Source: Clostridiaceae bacterium
GTDB taxonomy: Bacteria > Bacillota > Clostridia > Saccharofermentanales > DTU023
DNA length: 64,000 nt
Direction: 5' to 3'
NCBI GenBank assembly: GCA_012841145.1
Contig: DUVH01000024.1
Span: 4,140 to 68,139 of the forward strand
How positions within the stretch are numbered: position 1 is the stretch's first letter; every line of letters starts with the position of its first letter. Shown here piece after piece: positions 37,454 through 46,255 of this stretch. Under the pieces are notes generated by a model that was given only the letters and a program-made list of their open reading frames with translations, ran no database searches and had not been told where the DNA came from. The translations under genes and the position numbers were made by a program.

Positions 37454-38571
37454 TTCATCAGAGCCTCCCACGTTTGCGGCCCGACAACGCCGTCCACGTA
37501 CAGTTTGTGGTCCGTTTGAAATTCTTTGACCATCCTGTCAGTAAGCGGACCTAAATTCTCGTCAGTAACCATCTTGTTGTCATCGGTATACCCGAGATTA
37601 ATCAAGATCGCTTGTAACACGCCTACCACAGGCCCCTTATCGCCCTGCTTAAGCGTGTTGGCTTTCGCCCATGCGTCTACCTTATCTGCCGGCGACGGCT
37701 TTGGCGGCGACACAGATTTTGGTGTAGATTTAGGGGCGGGCTCGGTCGCGAGCACCTTGACGTACTTGGTTCCAAGGTGCAGCCATCCCTTTTCGGCAGG
37801 CACATATCCCCAACCTGAGGTCTCTTCCGCGATCTCGACGACGCTGTCTTTTGGCAGCGTTTTCAGGCGCTTAGATAGTGTTGACGGTTTTTCTCTTACA
37901 TTTAGGCCGTGAGGCGTGATTATCTGTACCCGTTTACTTTCTGCCGGTTTAGGTGCTGGTGTAGTAGAGCCAGTCATCGCGGCTTTTACATCATGCCTAA
38001 AAGTGTCCATTGTGAAAGGCAATTTTAATTGAGCCCACAAATGCTCAGGGTCTCCGTGATTCGATGCGACGCCGGCCTTATGCCCTTCCTTGTGGCTGAT
38101 CAGTGCGAGATGGTTTTTGCCCTTGATCTTCGCCAGCGGATCGAGGCCACGTCGCTTGAATATATCTGCGAACAATTCGACGGCCGTCCAGTAGTTTTCA
38201 ATCACGTATTTCCTTGAAGCTTCAAGATGTTCAGGAGCAACCGTGAACTTACCGCCTTTGCCGTACTTCAACCACTTCGGCTCTGCCATTTCGACCTGGA
38301 ACATGTAATTATTCGCGTTACCGTTAGGGCCGCTTCCAGAAGTCCATGGGCGCTTGTCCTCCGGCAGGCATTGGATAGCGACGCCAGGCTCGGTGACGTA
38401 TGTAGGGCAGACCCGAGCGGTCACGCGATTCCACCGTGCCGCCCAGTTATCAGCTGATGCCTGGGGGCAGCCGACCGAGTGGAGCATACCACCTAAGACA
38501 CCCTGCATCTTGCGAGGATCGTTATAGCACGGCGACTTGGTAGCATGTCTAATTTTGATTGTTATTGCCAT
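37450..38571 (-). CDS. endolysin: N-terminal amidase-like catalytic domain plus SH3-like domain plus C-terminal PG_binding_1 domain
   Basis: ORF 37450..38586. Start at MAITIKI after GGAGG. The C-terminal LKQGDKGPVVGVLQAILINLGY...GVVGPQTWEAL is a peptidoglycan-binding repeat. The middle VREKPS...GWGYV...GWLH is SH3-like. Confidence 0.85.
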   Translation of the reverse strand: MAITIKIRHATKSPCYNDPRKMQGVLGGMLHSVGCPQASADNWAARWNRVTARVCPTYVTEPGVAIQCLPEDKRPWTSGSGPNGNANNYMFQVEMAEPKWLKYGKGGKFTVAPEHLEASRKYVIENYWTAVELFADIFKRRGLDPLAKIKGKNHLALISHKEGHKAGVASNHGDPEHLWAQLKLPFTMDTFRHDVKAAMTGSTTPAPKPAESKRVQIITPHGLNVREKPSTLSKRLKTLPKDSVVEIAEETSGWGYVPAEKGWLHLGTKYVKVLATEPAPKSTPKSVSPPKPSPADKVDAWAKANTLKQGDKGPVVGVLQAILINLGYTDDNKMVTDENLGPLTDRMVKEFQTDHKLYVDGVVGPQTWEALMK

Positions 38572-38586
38572 TTGTTTTTCCTCCAA

Positions 38587-38616
38587 TAAAAAACCCCAGC
38601 TATGCTGCAGCTGAGG
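38587..38616 (-). terminator. rho-independent terminator between the tail-fibre/DGR block and the lysis genes
   Basis: Minus strand reads CCTCAGCT-GCAGCAT-AGCTGGGG (8 bp including one GU) followed by TTTTTTATT. The endolysin SD follows immediately. Confidence 0.75.
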
Positions 38617-38649
38617 TAATCAGTCTGATTATCTTAATGATGCTAGACA

Positions 38650-38775
38650 TCAGGGCGCATTTTCGACCCAACCAAGGTCTTCTAGGATATCCTGAACTTC
38701 TTGCTTCAAATGATCAGGTACATCATCTATTGTTTTCTTTCCCTTCATAATTAAATTCGCATAGATAGCCGCCAT
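38650..38775 (-). CDS. small phage protein (41 aa), in the XkdX position
   Basis: Below the ORF-track cutoff. ATG 38775 to TGA 38650 translates to MAAIYANLIMKGKKTIDDVPDHLKQEVQDILEDLGWVENAP. This resembles the small conserved proteins found after tail-fibre genes in Firmicutes phages. Confidence 0.55.
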   Translation of the reverse strand: MAAIYANLIMKGKKTIDDVPDHLKQEVQDILEDLGWVENAP

Positions 38776-38794
38776 CGTTCATCACCTGTCCTTT

Positions 38795-39061
38795 CTATAA
38801 CAACATTTCATAGACTTCACACAGCACCAATTGCGTATCAGTTATCTGACTTTCCAAAGATTCATTTTTTTCATCAAGCATCTTGATGTATTCATCCTTG
38901 TCGTACTGAACCAAATTGTATTCAAAGCCAGTAAATCCTTCCTGCTCATCTATGCTCGGCTCAGTGACTGCCTGAATATCGGAGGCAATCCATACACTGA
39001 ATTCATCGATACTCATTTCTTCAGGCATGACTGTACTCCTTGTTTTTCCAAAATCTTTCAT
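38795..39061 (-). CDS. acidic 88-aa phage protein, translationally coupled to the RT stop (XkdW position)
   Basis: The ATG at 39061 overlaps the RT TGA (ATGA). An alternative start is MPEEMSIDEF. No family was recognised. Confidence 0.6.
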   Translation of the reverse strand: MKDFGKTRSTVMPEEMSIDEFSVWIASDIQAVTEPSIDEQEGFTGFEYNLVQYDKDEYIKMLDEKNESLESQITDTQLVLCEVYEMLL

Positions 39062-40134
39062 GCTTTTTTACCGCCTTTCTTGTTTTTGCTTTTGATGTTG
39101 CGCTGATAGTATGCATCTGCATATTCCTGGATTGGCGCGATGTATTTCTGCTGCAATCTGTAACTGTCACAATGCATCAACCAACCCTTATATGAATTGA
39201 TGGCGCACCATTTTGAATAATTCAGGTCTCTTCCTTCCATCCTGTCCTTGTTTATTCGATTCAGTTTCTTCTTCATTCGTTTGCAGGTACGTTTTCTCAG
39301 TAGTACATAATCTAAGAAAACTCTATAGCCAACGTAATCAACGCCTCTGATATAGGAAGGGAAGACCTGCCAATTTTCTTTAATTTCAAGTTTTAGATTC
39401 ATTCTGAAGTATTCAGCAATGTCATCTTTCAACTTGTGTAAATCACTTTTATTTTCACCGAAAATAACAATGTCATCCATGTATCTAAAATAGTGTTTGA
39501 CCCGCTTGACCTCTTTTATCCAGTGGTCAAAAGATGACAAATAAAGGTTGCCTGAGTACTGTGAAAGATAATTTCCAATCGGAATCCCAACACCACCAGG
39601 TGTCGAATCGATGATTTCATCTAGCAACCAAAGCAAATCCTTGTCCTTGAATAATCTTCTATACTGCATTTTCAAAATGGCATGATCAATAGAAGGATAG
39701 TATTTCTTTACATCTAACTTTAGACAGTATTGACAACCGGAGATGTCTGTTTGCATAGCGTGTTTCAGCTTGTACAAGCAAAGATGGATACCCTTTTCAG
39801 GAATCGCAGAATAGGTATCATCAGTAAAAGTTTTCAACAGATAAGGTTCAATGATTTGTAGAATCGCCCATTGGCAAATCCTGTCAGGGAAGTATGGTAA
39901 TTTGTAAATCAGGCGTTCTTTCCCGGTGTCATTCCTGATAAAAGTTTTATATTCAGAAGTGTGGTAGGTTTTATTGATTAGCATTTCCTGGAGCCTCGCT
40001 AGGTACTCTTCAGGATTTTCATCAACCAGTTTGACTTCCTTATACCAGCCTTTACCTTTCTTCGCATTTTTATGCGCACGTCTTAGGTTGTCTATGTCAT
40101 AGATCTTGGGGTATAGCTTTCCGTATCTTTTCAT
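39058..40134 (-). CDS. DGR reverse transcriptase
   Basis: ORF 39058..40158 from a TTG. The likely start is ATG 40134 (MKRYGKLYPKIYDIDNLRRAHKNAKKGK). RT motifs include PIGNYLSQYSGNLYL (the DGR-specific [ILV]GxxxSQ) and RYMDDIVIF. No maturase/endonuclease domain and no retron-like features. Confidence 0.9.
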   Translation of the reverse strand: MKRYGKLYPKIYDIDNLRRAHKNAKKGKGWYKEVKLVDENPEEYLARLQEMLINKTYHTSEYKTFIRNDTGKERLIYKLPYFPDRICQWAILQIIEPYLLKTFTDDTYSAIPEKGIHLCLYKLKHAMQTDISGCQYCLKLDVKKYYPSIDHAILKMQYRRLFKDKDLLWLLDEIIDSTPGGVGIPIGNYLSQYSGNLYLSSFDHWIKEVKRVKHYFRYMDDIVIFGENKSDLHKLKDDIAEYFRMNLKLEIKENWQVFPSYIRGVDYVGYRVFLDYVLLRKRTCKRMKKKLNRINKDRMEGRDLNYSKWCAINSYKGWLMHCDSYRLQQKYIAPIQEYADAYYQRNIKSKNKKGGKKA

Positions 40135-40287
40135 TTTGTATGCATATTGAATGGTCAAATCTTCAACTTTGAGAGTTTACCAATACAACCTTTCATCTTT
40201 TTATATTTTGGCAAGCGCCAGGGCAATTTGGTCACATATGTAAAAAGTAAAGTATCTTTCACACCTTACTTCTTTATAATTTATATG

Positions 40288-40402
40288 CATTTAGTGAGTG
40301 ACTGCCGATGTTCCGATTCCGATTAGCCGCTGAATTATTCAAATTCCAATAGAAACTGCCTGCATTCGAGCCATTATTCCAATTACCGCCTAATAGAGCA
40401 AT
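40288..40402 (-). repeat. DGR template repeat (TR)
   Basis: Non-coding, offset exactly 212 nt from the VR. The sense strand is rich in AAT, reading ...GGT AAT TGG AAT AAT GGC TCG AAT GCA... in the VR frame. Confidence 0.9.
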
Positions 40403-40482
40403 GGAATTGCTGACTTTTTCAGGTAGAGATTGTTTTATGTTCGCGTATAAGAATCAGTACAAATTGCCCAATAATTCAATGG

Positions 40483-42255
40483 TTAAGCCACTTTTGGCAC
40501 ATACAGCGAGCGACCGCCGATGCTCCGAGCCCGATTAGCCGCCGAATTAGCCAAATACCAAGAGAAACCGCCCGCACTCGAGCCACTACCCCAACTACCG
40601 CCCAAGAGAGCAATCGTATAATATTCGACAGCTCTATTCTGGTAAAAGTAGTCTCCGACGGGGACACTTGCATTGCCGAGAGCTTCAGAGGCAATGAATA
40701 GCCAATCATATTCTTCGTCATAAGCAAAAGCACTTATGTAGCCATTTGTGCCACTAATAGTGATTCCTGCGTCCTTGTATGCGCCATCATTTTTATTGTC
40801 TGTAAAATCGTTGTCTGCGATATAGACAGAGCCCTCACCATAGTTGTAAATGTTGATTCCATCAACCCACTTCCAAATGTTTCCGTAGAAGTTTTCTTCG
40901 CCCCTGTATGAGATCGCTGACCAACCGCTTTCACTGGTGACAGCCCCCGTAGCGTTTCCAAGATTAGTCGTGATACCGGTGAGTTCAGACATGTTGGTTG
41001 CGCCATCATCTGCTTTGCCTGTGATTCCAGCCCCAATTGCGGATTGCATGTTAAAACTTGCGTACTCAACAAGAAACAGAAGTGCCGTTGCAGTCACAGA
41101 TTGAATCGTTGCTTGCGTCCACCCCGTCCCGCGCTTCGCGGCAAGGGCCCTGAACCCTGCTCTAGTTGCCCCGCTCTGTGACAGCCCGCTAGTTGGTTTA
41201 GCCCCCGCAATAGACGCGAGTACATCATTGTCAAAGTCGACGGTCTGCGCATCGTTGATGTTGTATGCATCAGCCGACGTGTCATAAGTGGACCCTTCAT
41301 AAGCCGAAAGGTATATACAATCATTTTCCACGCCATTTCTAATAAACGCTGGATGCAGTTTGAATCCGGCTTTCTTAGTGGGCGAAATGTAATATCTGCC
41401 TTTCCGCAGGAGCATTCCTTTTTCACCGAGTCTTCTTTCAAGCTCAAGCGGGACAACCTTGTAATAGAACTTTGGCTGTTCCACCATGACCTGAACTTTT
41501 GTTCCGACTGGGTATGTGGTGTCGTCGAGGGTGACTGCTTGTGTCAAAGCGCCTGTTTCTGTGTACCCCGCCTCGCCATGATAAGCGAGGACGACGCCCG
41601 CATCCGTCAGAATGCATCGTTTACGCTTCCACGGATCAATAGCATCAAAGTCCGCTCCAGGAGTCATTGCGGAAGCACCTGCAAGTCGGGTGAATCGCTT
41701 GTTCACAAAGTCGACTTCAACACCATAGATGTCCTCTTCTGTGTAGCCTATATAAGCCTGCAGATCGTCAATTTGCCCTTGTAGGCTTTGGATGTCGCCG
41801 ATGGTGGCAACCCCACCAGGGTCAACTTCAACCGTCACATTAGACGCATTCTGGACAGTAGTGACAAGCTTCAGAAAACATCCGCTGGACGATACTCCAT
41901 TGTAAGGGGGCATCCATCCAGGCGTAGAAGCGCCACACGCTGCATATACAATTTCGCCCTCATCCGGATCTTGCGCATAAAGGGCAATTGTTCTGATGTG
42001 ATACCCGGTTGTCAACAAAGCATTGGTGACTGCGCCTTCCACTTGCACCGCCGCATTACTTGTTTTTATAACCCTTGAGATACCTGAGGTTTGTTTTACG
42101 CCGCCAAGTGTGGCCATAGCAAGAATCTGTGCATCAGTGTATGCAGTTTCCGAAAGAGAAATCTTTGTGAATGTGATGTTCCCTCTGCCTGCAAGCATCT
42201 TCGCAATTAGTGCTTGACCTTTGTTTGTGATTACCATTGGCCTAAATTCCGCCAT
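40483..42255 (-). CDS. phage tail fibre / receptor-binding protein (DGR target)
   Basis: 590 aa. The N-terminus (MVITNKGQALIAKMLAG...ITFTKISLS...IRTIALYAQD) resembles tail-collar fibre N-domains. The C-terminal ~120 aa are Gly/Trp/Tyr/Asn-rich, as in DGR lectin-fold variable domains. The gene follows the baseplate genes. Confidence 0.8.
   Translation of the reverse strand: MAEFRPMVITNKGQALIAKMLAGRGNITFTKISLSETAYTDAQILAMATLGGVKQTSGISRVIKTSNAAVQVEGAVTNALLTTGYHIRTIALYAQDPDEGEIVYAACGASTPGWMPPYNGVSSSGCFLKLVTTVQNASNVTVEVDPGGVATIGDIQSLQGQIDDLQAYIGYTEEDIYGVEVDFVNKRFTRLAGASAMTPGADFDAIDPWKRKRCILTDAGVVLAYHGEAGYTETGALTQAVTLDDTTYPVGTKVQVMVEQPKFYYKVVPLELERRLGEKGMLLRKGRYYISPTKKAGFKLHPAFIRNGVENDCIYLSAYEGSTYDTSADAYNINDAQTVDFDNDVLASIAGAKPTSGLSQSGATRAGFRALAAKRGTGWTQATIQSVTATALLFLVEYASFNMQSAIGAGITGKADDGATNMSELTGITTNLGNATGAVTSESGWSAISYRGEENFYGNIWKWVDGINIYNYGEGSVYIADNDFTDNKNDGAYKDAGITISGTNGYISAFAYDEEYDWLFIASEALGNASVPVGDYFYQNRAVEYYTIALLGGSWGSGSSAGGFSWYLANSAANRARSIGGRSLYVPKVA
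40500..40614 (-). repeat. DGR variable repeat (VR) inside the 3' end of the tail-fibre gene
   Basis: 115 nt aligned without gaps to the TR. All 81 non-A positions are identical and 22 of 34 TR adenines are substituted. Encodes IALLGGSWGSGSSAGGFSWYLANSAANRARSIGGRSLY. Confidence 0.9.
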
Positions 42256-42273
42256 AATTTTTACCGCCTTTCT

Positions 42274-42993
42274 TTATAAACAGTAGGAGTCGCTGACTTC
42301 AATTTGATTCGTGATACAATGAGCCGTAAACCCGCCTGCTCCAGAATTAATAGTAAACACGTCATTAACAGAATCAGTTAGCATAATTTCACAAGCGCCC
42401 GAACCAGCTGCAGCTGGGCATGCTACGCCGCCCAAACTCCAGACAGCACCAAAAGAATCCGTCAATTGGAACATGTCTATAAACACTTGACCCACAGTGA
42501 CATAGGCACTGCCCTCAATCAAATAGTCCAGGATGTTTTCTGCAATAACTTGAACGTTCGCAGGTAGCATATACCTAAAAATACGTTCCAAATCTTCAAC
42601 TTGGCCATAAAGATCAAGATGTGTGGTGATACACAATTGATATTCGCTCCAGTTTTCAACTATTTCATAGTCTTCGCCACACAACATTTGTATCTTTTGT
42701 TGAAAATGATTCCATGTGTAAGAAAAGGTATACCCCCACCTAATAAAAACCCTTGAAATCCTTGATTCAAGAGTATCTTCAGAGGAAGGTGTGATTTTTA
42801 GGATTTTCTCAAATCTTGTAACGCCGCTATCATGTGCTGACAAGATAAATGCATCATCTAAAAAATCAGCAAGCTTATCCCACGCAAGTTCGAACTCCGG
42901 CTCCTCGGCGTCCATCAGACATTTGAAGTATGGAATCAGAAAGTTCGGAAGATAGTCTTTTAAGCTACGATCCGAGGGTAACATTGACATCAC
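42274..42993 (-). CDS. baseplate/tail protein, DUF2313 (XkdU / Mu gp48-like)
   Basis: Sits directly after the baseplate J gene. Carries YLPNFL...AWDKLADFLDDAF.... Confidence 0.65.
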   Translation of the reverse strand: MMSMLPSDRSLKDYLPNFLIPYFKCLMDAEEPEFELAWDKLADFLDDAFILSAHDSGVTRFEKILKITPSSEDTLESRISRVFIRWGYTFSYTWNHFQQKIQMLCGEDYEIVENWSEYQLCITTHLDLYGQVEDLERIFRYMLPANVQVIAENILDYLIEGSAYVTVGQVFIDMFQLTDSFGAVWSLGGVACPAAAGSGACEIMLTDSVNDVFTINSGAGGFTAHCITNQIEVSDSYCL

Positions 42994-44026
42994 CTCGTTT
43001 CGGGACAGCGTTGGACGCGATTACTAAGTTTGTAGCTAGGCCGTTCAAAGTCATATCCTCAACGTCGATGATGTGCTCGACGTTGAGCATTAGCGCTTGG
43101 AGCGCGGCGCGTCGAACAACAACGTTTGGCAGATTCTCCCACTCTTTAGTTAATTCTAAGAGATAAGCGTCGAGCACCCCGTGAACGGCGGGCAGGACTT
43201 CCGAAATCGTGTAGCCTGTTTCAAGCATGAGCTTTGCCGACAGGTCTACCTCTTCGGATGTTGCTCCTTCGACGGTCACGATGTGTCCAATAGGTGCGAT
43301 ACCGTAGCCTTCTCCTGAGTTAACAGATGGGTCAACGGCGGTCTGTACAAAATCGACCAGCTCTGCGCTGGGCGCATCATAGTCGGAGTTGATAATGATG
43401 AGCTTCACTGTCCCTCCGCCGTCCCAATGCGGAATGACCTTAACTCCGCCGACTCCTTGAACTTCGTTTACTTTTTCTTTGTAGTCCGCAATGTTGCCCC
43501 CGAACGCTAACGAAGTAAAGGAATTAAGATACCGGGCCCGGAAGACTTCAGTGTCCTCTTCATCCTCTCCGGGGACTAAAATCTCTGTAATCTTTGCTGT
43601 TTCTAATCCGGGGATGTAATCGATAGGGATTAAATCGCCTGTTGCTAAAATTGCGCCCTCAGTTTCGCAAATCAACTTATAGACGCCGGGAGCGAGCTCA
43701 CAGTCAACATAGTAGTTGTGCATACCTAGATTAAAACGAGTCCCTGTGGGAACCGCTAAGGTATCTGGGGTAAATTCCCCTTTAACTCTTGCCGCGCTAG
43801 CCGGGATCGGACTTAACCCTCTTTCCCTTGCCCTAAGAACTAGAGCGTCACGTTCCGCAGTGTCTACAAAAACCTGATCAAACGCCCACGCGAGCTGTTC
43901 GTAGAGCAGATTAAGTTCTGCAGCCGCAGGAGCAAGGGCTGTATAGATCACAGACCCTTCGCGCTTATCCATCGAATCGGGAATCCTCTCAAGCATCCGG
44001 TTAAGGATTGTTTCATACGAAGTCAT
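42965..44026 (-). CDS. baseplate J-like protein (XkdT / Mu gp47-like)
   Basis: 353 aa. The N-terminus MTSYETILNRMLERIP...REGSVIYTALAPAAAEL is typical of Baseplate_J. Confidence 0.8.
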   Translation of the reverse strand: MTSYETILNRMLERIPDSMDKREGSVIYTALAPAAAELNLLYEQLAWAFDQVFVDTAERDALVLRARERGLSPIPASAARVKGEFTPDTLAVPTGTRFNLGMHNYYVDCELAPGVYKLICETEGAILATGDLIPIDYIPGLETAKITEILVPGEDEEDTEVFRARYLNSFTSLAFGGNIADYKEKVNEVQGVGGVKVIPHWDGGGTVKLIIINSDYDAPSAELVDFVQTAVDPSVNSGEGYGIAPIGHIVTVEGATSEEVDLSAKLMLETGYTISEVLPAVHGVLDAYLLELTKEWENLPNVVVRRAALQALMLNVEHIIDVEDMTLNGLATNLVIASNAVPKRGDVNVTLGS

Positions 44027-44390
44027 ACATTACCTCCGTTTCACCGAAAACTGTAGTAACCAAGAAGGCCACACTTAGCTTTTTCTTATCTTGAATAAAA
44101 GCAAATTCAGAGACATCACTGATCCGATCATCCTGCATCAAAGCTTCGGTGATTCTACGTTCAACTTCTAATCTCACCCAGTCAGGATCCTTGCCGTACA
44201 AGTCCAAGGTTTCCATCCCGTAATTCCACGAGTAGATTGGCCACTCGAACCGCTCCGTTTGAAGGATGCAGAAGATTGATTGCTCCAGAGCCTCCAACCC
44301 GTCAATAACCCGCCCATCTTCCAGAGCGTATGTTTTAGACGGCGGCACTTCGAATTCAATGCGCTCATTGATTGTAGTCGTAGGAATCAT
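44013..44390 (-). CDS. baseplate protein, DUF2634 (XkdS-like)
   Basis: ORF 44013..44489. Start at MIPTTTINE, coupled to the upstream stop. Carries PPSKTYAL...IDGLEALEQSIFCILQTERFEW. Confidence 0.7.
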   Translation of the reverse strand: MIPTTTINERIEFEVPPSKTYALEDGRVIDGLEALEQSIFCILQTERFEWPIYSWNYGMETLDLYGKDPDWVRLEVERRITEALMQDDRISDVSEFAFIQDKKKLSVAFLVTTVFGETEVMYDFV

Positions 44391-44644
44391 TGCACTACCC
44401 CCAGTATTAGGAAGGTTTGTCCGCCTTGCTGTCGGAGCAGAGCAACTCGATCCTGTGTCGAAAGCCCTATCCCCTTGAGCCAGACGCATTGATCCGATGT
44501 GATCGTTAGTTTTTGATCAACGGCTATTTTTAACGGTGAGGTCGATTGAACAACTCCGAACATCAACTTGACAGGGAATGTGGCTTCGACAGCATTGACT
44601 GCGATTTGTTTGAAGGTCTCGAAAACATCAGGCAACGAAACCAC
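44387..44644 (-). CDS. DUF2577 (XkdR-like) baseplate protein
   Basis: 85 aa containing GVVQSTSPLKIAVDQKLTIT, in the syntenic position. Confidence 0.65.
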   Translation of the reverse strand: MVSLPDVFETFKQIAVNAVEATFPVKLMFGVVQSTSPLKIAVDQKLTITSDQCVWLKGIGLSTQDRVALLRQQGGQTFLILGVVQ

Positions 44645-45563
44645 CCCCGATCAAAGTCAAGTCCATTGTGTGCTCGGACTCGCTGAATTCATGTTTTGCT
44701 TTTTCGACAAGCATCCATTGTTGGATCCCGTGAAGATTCACAAGAACCAGCGAACCGGCACGAACGCGTACATCGCCAAACACCTTTTTGACGGACAGTT
44801 TTTGCTCAACTTGATTATGGAGATTAAGTAGCGCATCTGCCTTCTGCTGAGCGTTAACCTTCTCGTCTGCCTTCTCGTAGTGTTGCAACAGCCCCCATTT
44901 GTTCTGGTTAGCTGTCGATTACGCGATGTAGATCTCGCGCTTTCCTGTCTTTTTGTTATCCCTGAATAGCTTAATTCGGTTGTACGTTTTCGCATCGATT
45001 GAGCGCGAAAGATCAAAGTTATCCGAGGATGAATCGTCCAAGACAACAGGCACCTTCATATCTTTGATCTCCTTGAGAGCGATCCTTCCGAAGTCATCGA
45101 ACAATACGAAAAGCCTCCGGTCATGCATGAGCGTTGCATCCAACGCGTTACCAATAATGTCAAACAAAGTCTGATTATCCTCAACCCTCGAAGGGATCAC
45201 ATAGCCTGTATTGACGAGCGCTCCAGTCTTCAACCGGAAGTCATCCGCGATCATCTTCACGACCTGATCGGCACGCTTACCGGAGTAGACATATGTGTCT
45301 TTGTTCTTCAGGTAGCGCAGCTGATCATAAGCTGTGAATTTGACCTTGTCTTTGTCGCTCTTATCTGTAAAAAGAAATCCGTAGAACACGTTTGCGCCGT
45401 CAACCTTGAACCGAACGGCGTTCCCCATCTCGAATGGAACCGGCGGTAGACAGCTGAAAGTGAGTTTCCCCGGATTGTTCTTCCTAGACGTATCCCAAAC
45501 AACTTTACCCTCGACGGGGGGCGCGTAGATCGTATTACCGCTCATTACGACCAGTTCATACAT
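44628..45563 (-). pseudogene. XkdQ-like tail/baseplate protein interrupted by one in-frame TAA (44919..44921)
   Basis: ORFs 44919..45620 (start MYELVVMSG at 45563 after AGGAGG) and 44628..44888 are in the same frame. They are separated only by a TAA plus 10 sense codons (STANQNKWGL). Confidence 0.7.
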
Positions 45564-45574
45564 AAAGGCACCTC

Positions 45575-46255
45575 CTACTTCGGTGGAATCTTCAATACTT
45601 GGCCGACATAGATTGTGCAATACGCAACTCGTTTTCCCTTGTTCCTGGCTGAAATAAGAGCTTTGTTAGCGTTATAAATCTTCTTCCAGAGATTACCCTT
45701 ACCGTAGAAACGTCTAGCAATCGCCCATAAGCTATCGCCCTTCTTGACTTTATACGTTTCGCCCTCTGCCTTCTTAGGAGAACCTGTTCGAGCTGCAGAA
45801 GGGTTGGCGACAGTTTTACTCGCTTTAGACGTTGTCTTGGTCGGGATAGTGACAGTCTTCAGACCGTAATCGACGTACTGCTTGAGTTTGACAGAGATCG
45901 ATACGTCCCTCGCATTGGCCGCGGATTCTTCGATCGTGTAGTCTTCAAGCGAGACTTTTAGGTTCGTGCCAAATCCCCGCTCCCTAACAACAATAAACTG
46001 GAACGGTTTTTTGCTAACCTTAAGTTTCTCCAAATGATCGAGAAAGAATTTCTGCGGTTTGAAGTTAACAACGAAAGGGTACTTCTGATACGGCAGGTCG
46101 AACTTGAAATCGATCTGCGTAAGCCCAGGACGCTTGAGTTGGTTGACCTCACCTTCGTTGATAAGGTCAACGGTTTTGTTCTTGTTTTTGATTTGCAGCT
46201 TAATAGCCGCCGGCGCGAACGGTAACAATACATCGCCTAAAAACACTTTATGCAT
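45575..46255 (-). CDS. LysM-domain tail protein (XkdP-like)
   Basis: ORF 45575..46357. Start at MHKVFLG after GGAGGG. C-terminal LysM domain YKVKKGDSLWAIARRFYGKGNLWKKIYNAN. Confidence 0.8.
   Translation of the reverse strand: MHKVFLGDVLLPFAPAAIKLQIKNKNKTVDLINEGEVNQLKRPGLTQIDFKFDLPYQKYPFVVNFKPQKFFLDHLEKLKVSKKPFQFIVVRERGFGTNLKVSLEDYTIEESAANARDVSISVKLKQYVDYGLKTVTIPTKTTSKASKTVANPSAARTGSPKKAEGETYKVKKGDSLWAIARRFYGKGNLWKKIYNANKALISARNKGKRVAYCTIYVGQVLKIPPK

Larger units (their letters stand above)
39058..40614 (-). mobile_element. diversity-generating retroelement cassette (VR, 85-nt gap, TR, spacer, RT)
   Basis: A DGR-type RT together with a TR/VR pair that shows adenine-only divergence (see findings). 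Confidence 0.9.

Noticed and set aside
39058-40158. The reverse transcriptase as a group II intron or retron RT.
   Set aside because: There is no maturase/X or endonuclease domain and no intron RNA domain V/VI signature. No msr/msd-like inverted repeats are present. The IGNYLSQ motif and the adenine-specific TR/VR pair identify it as a DGR RT.
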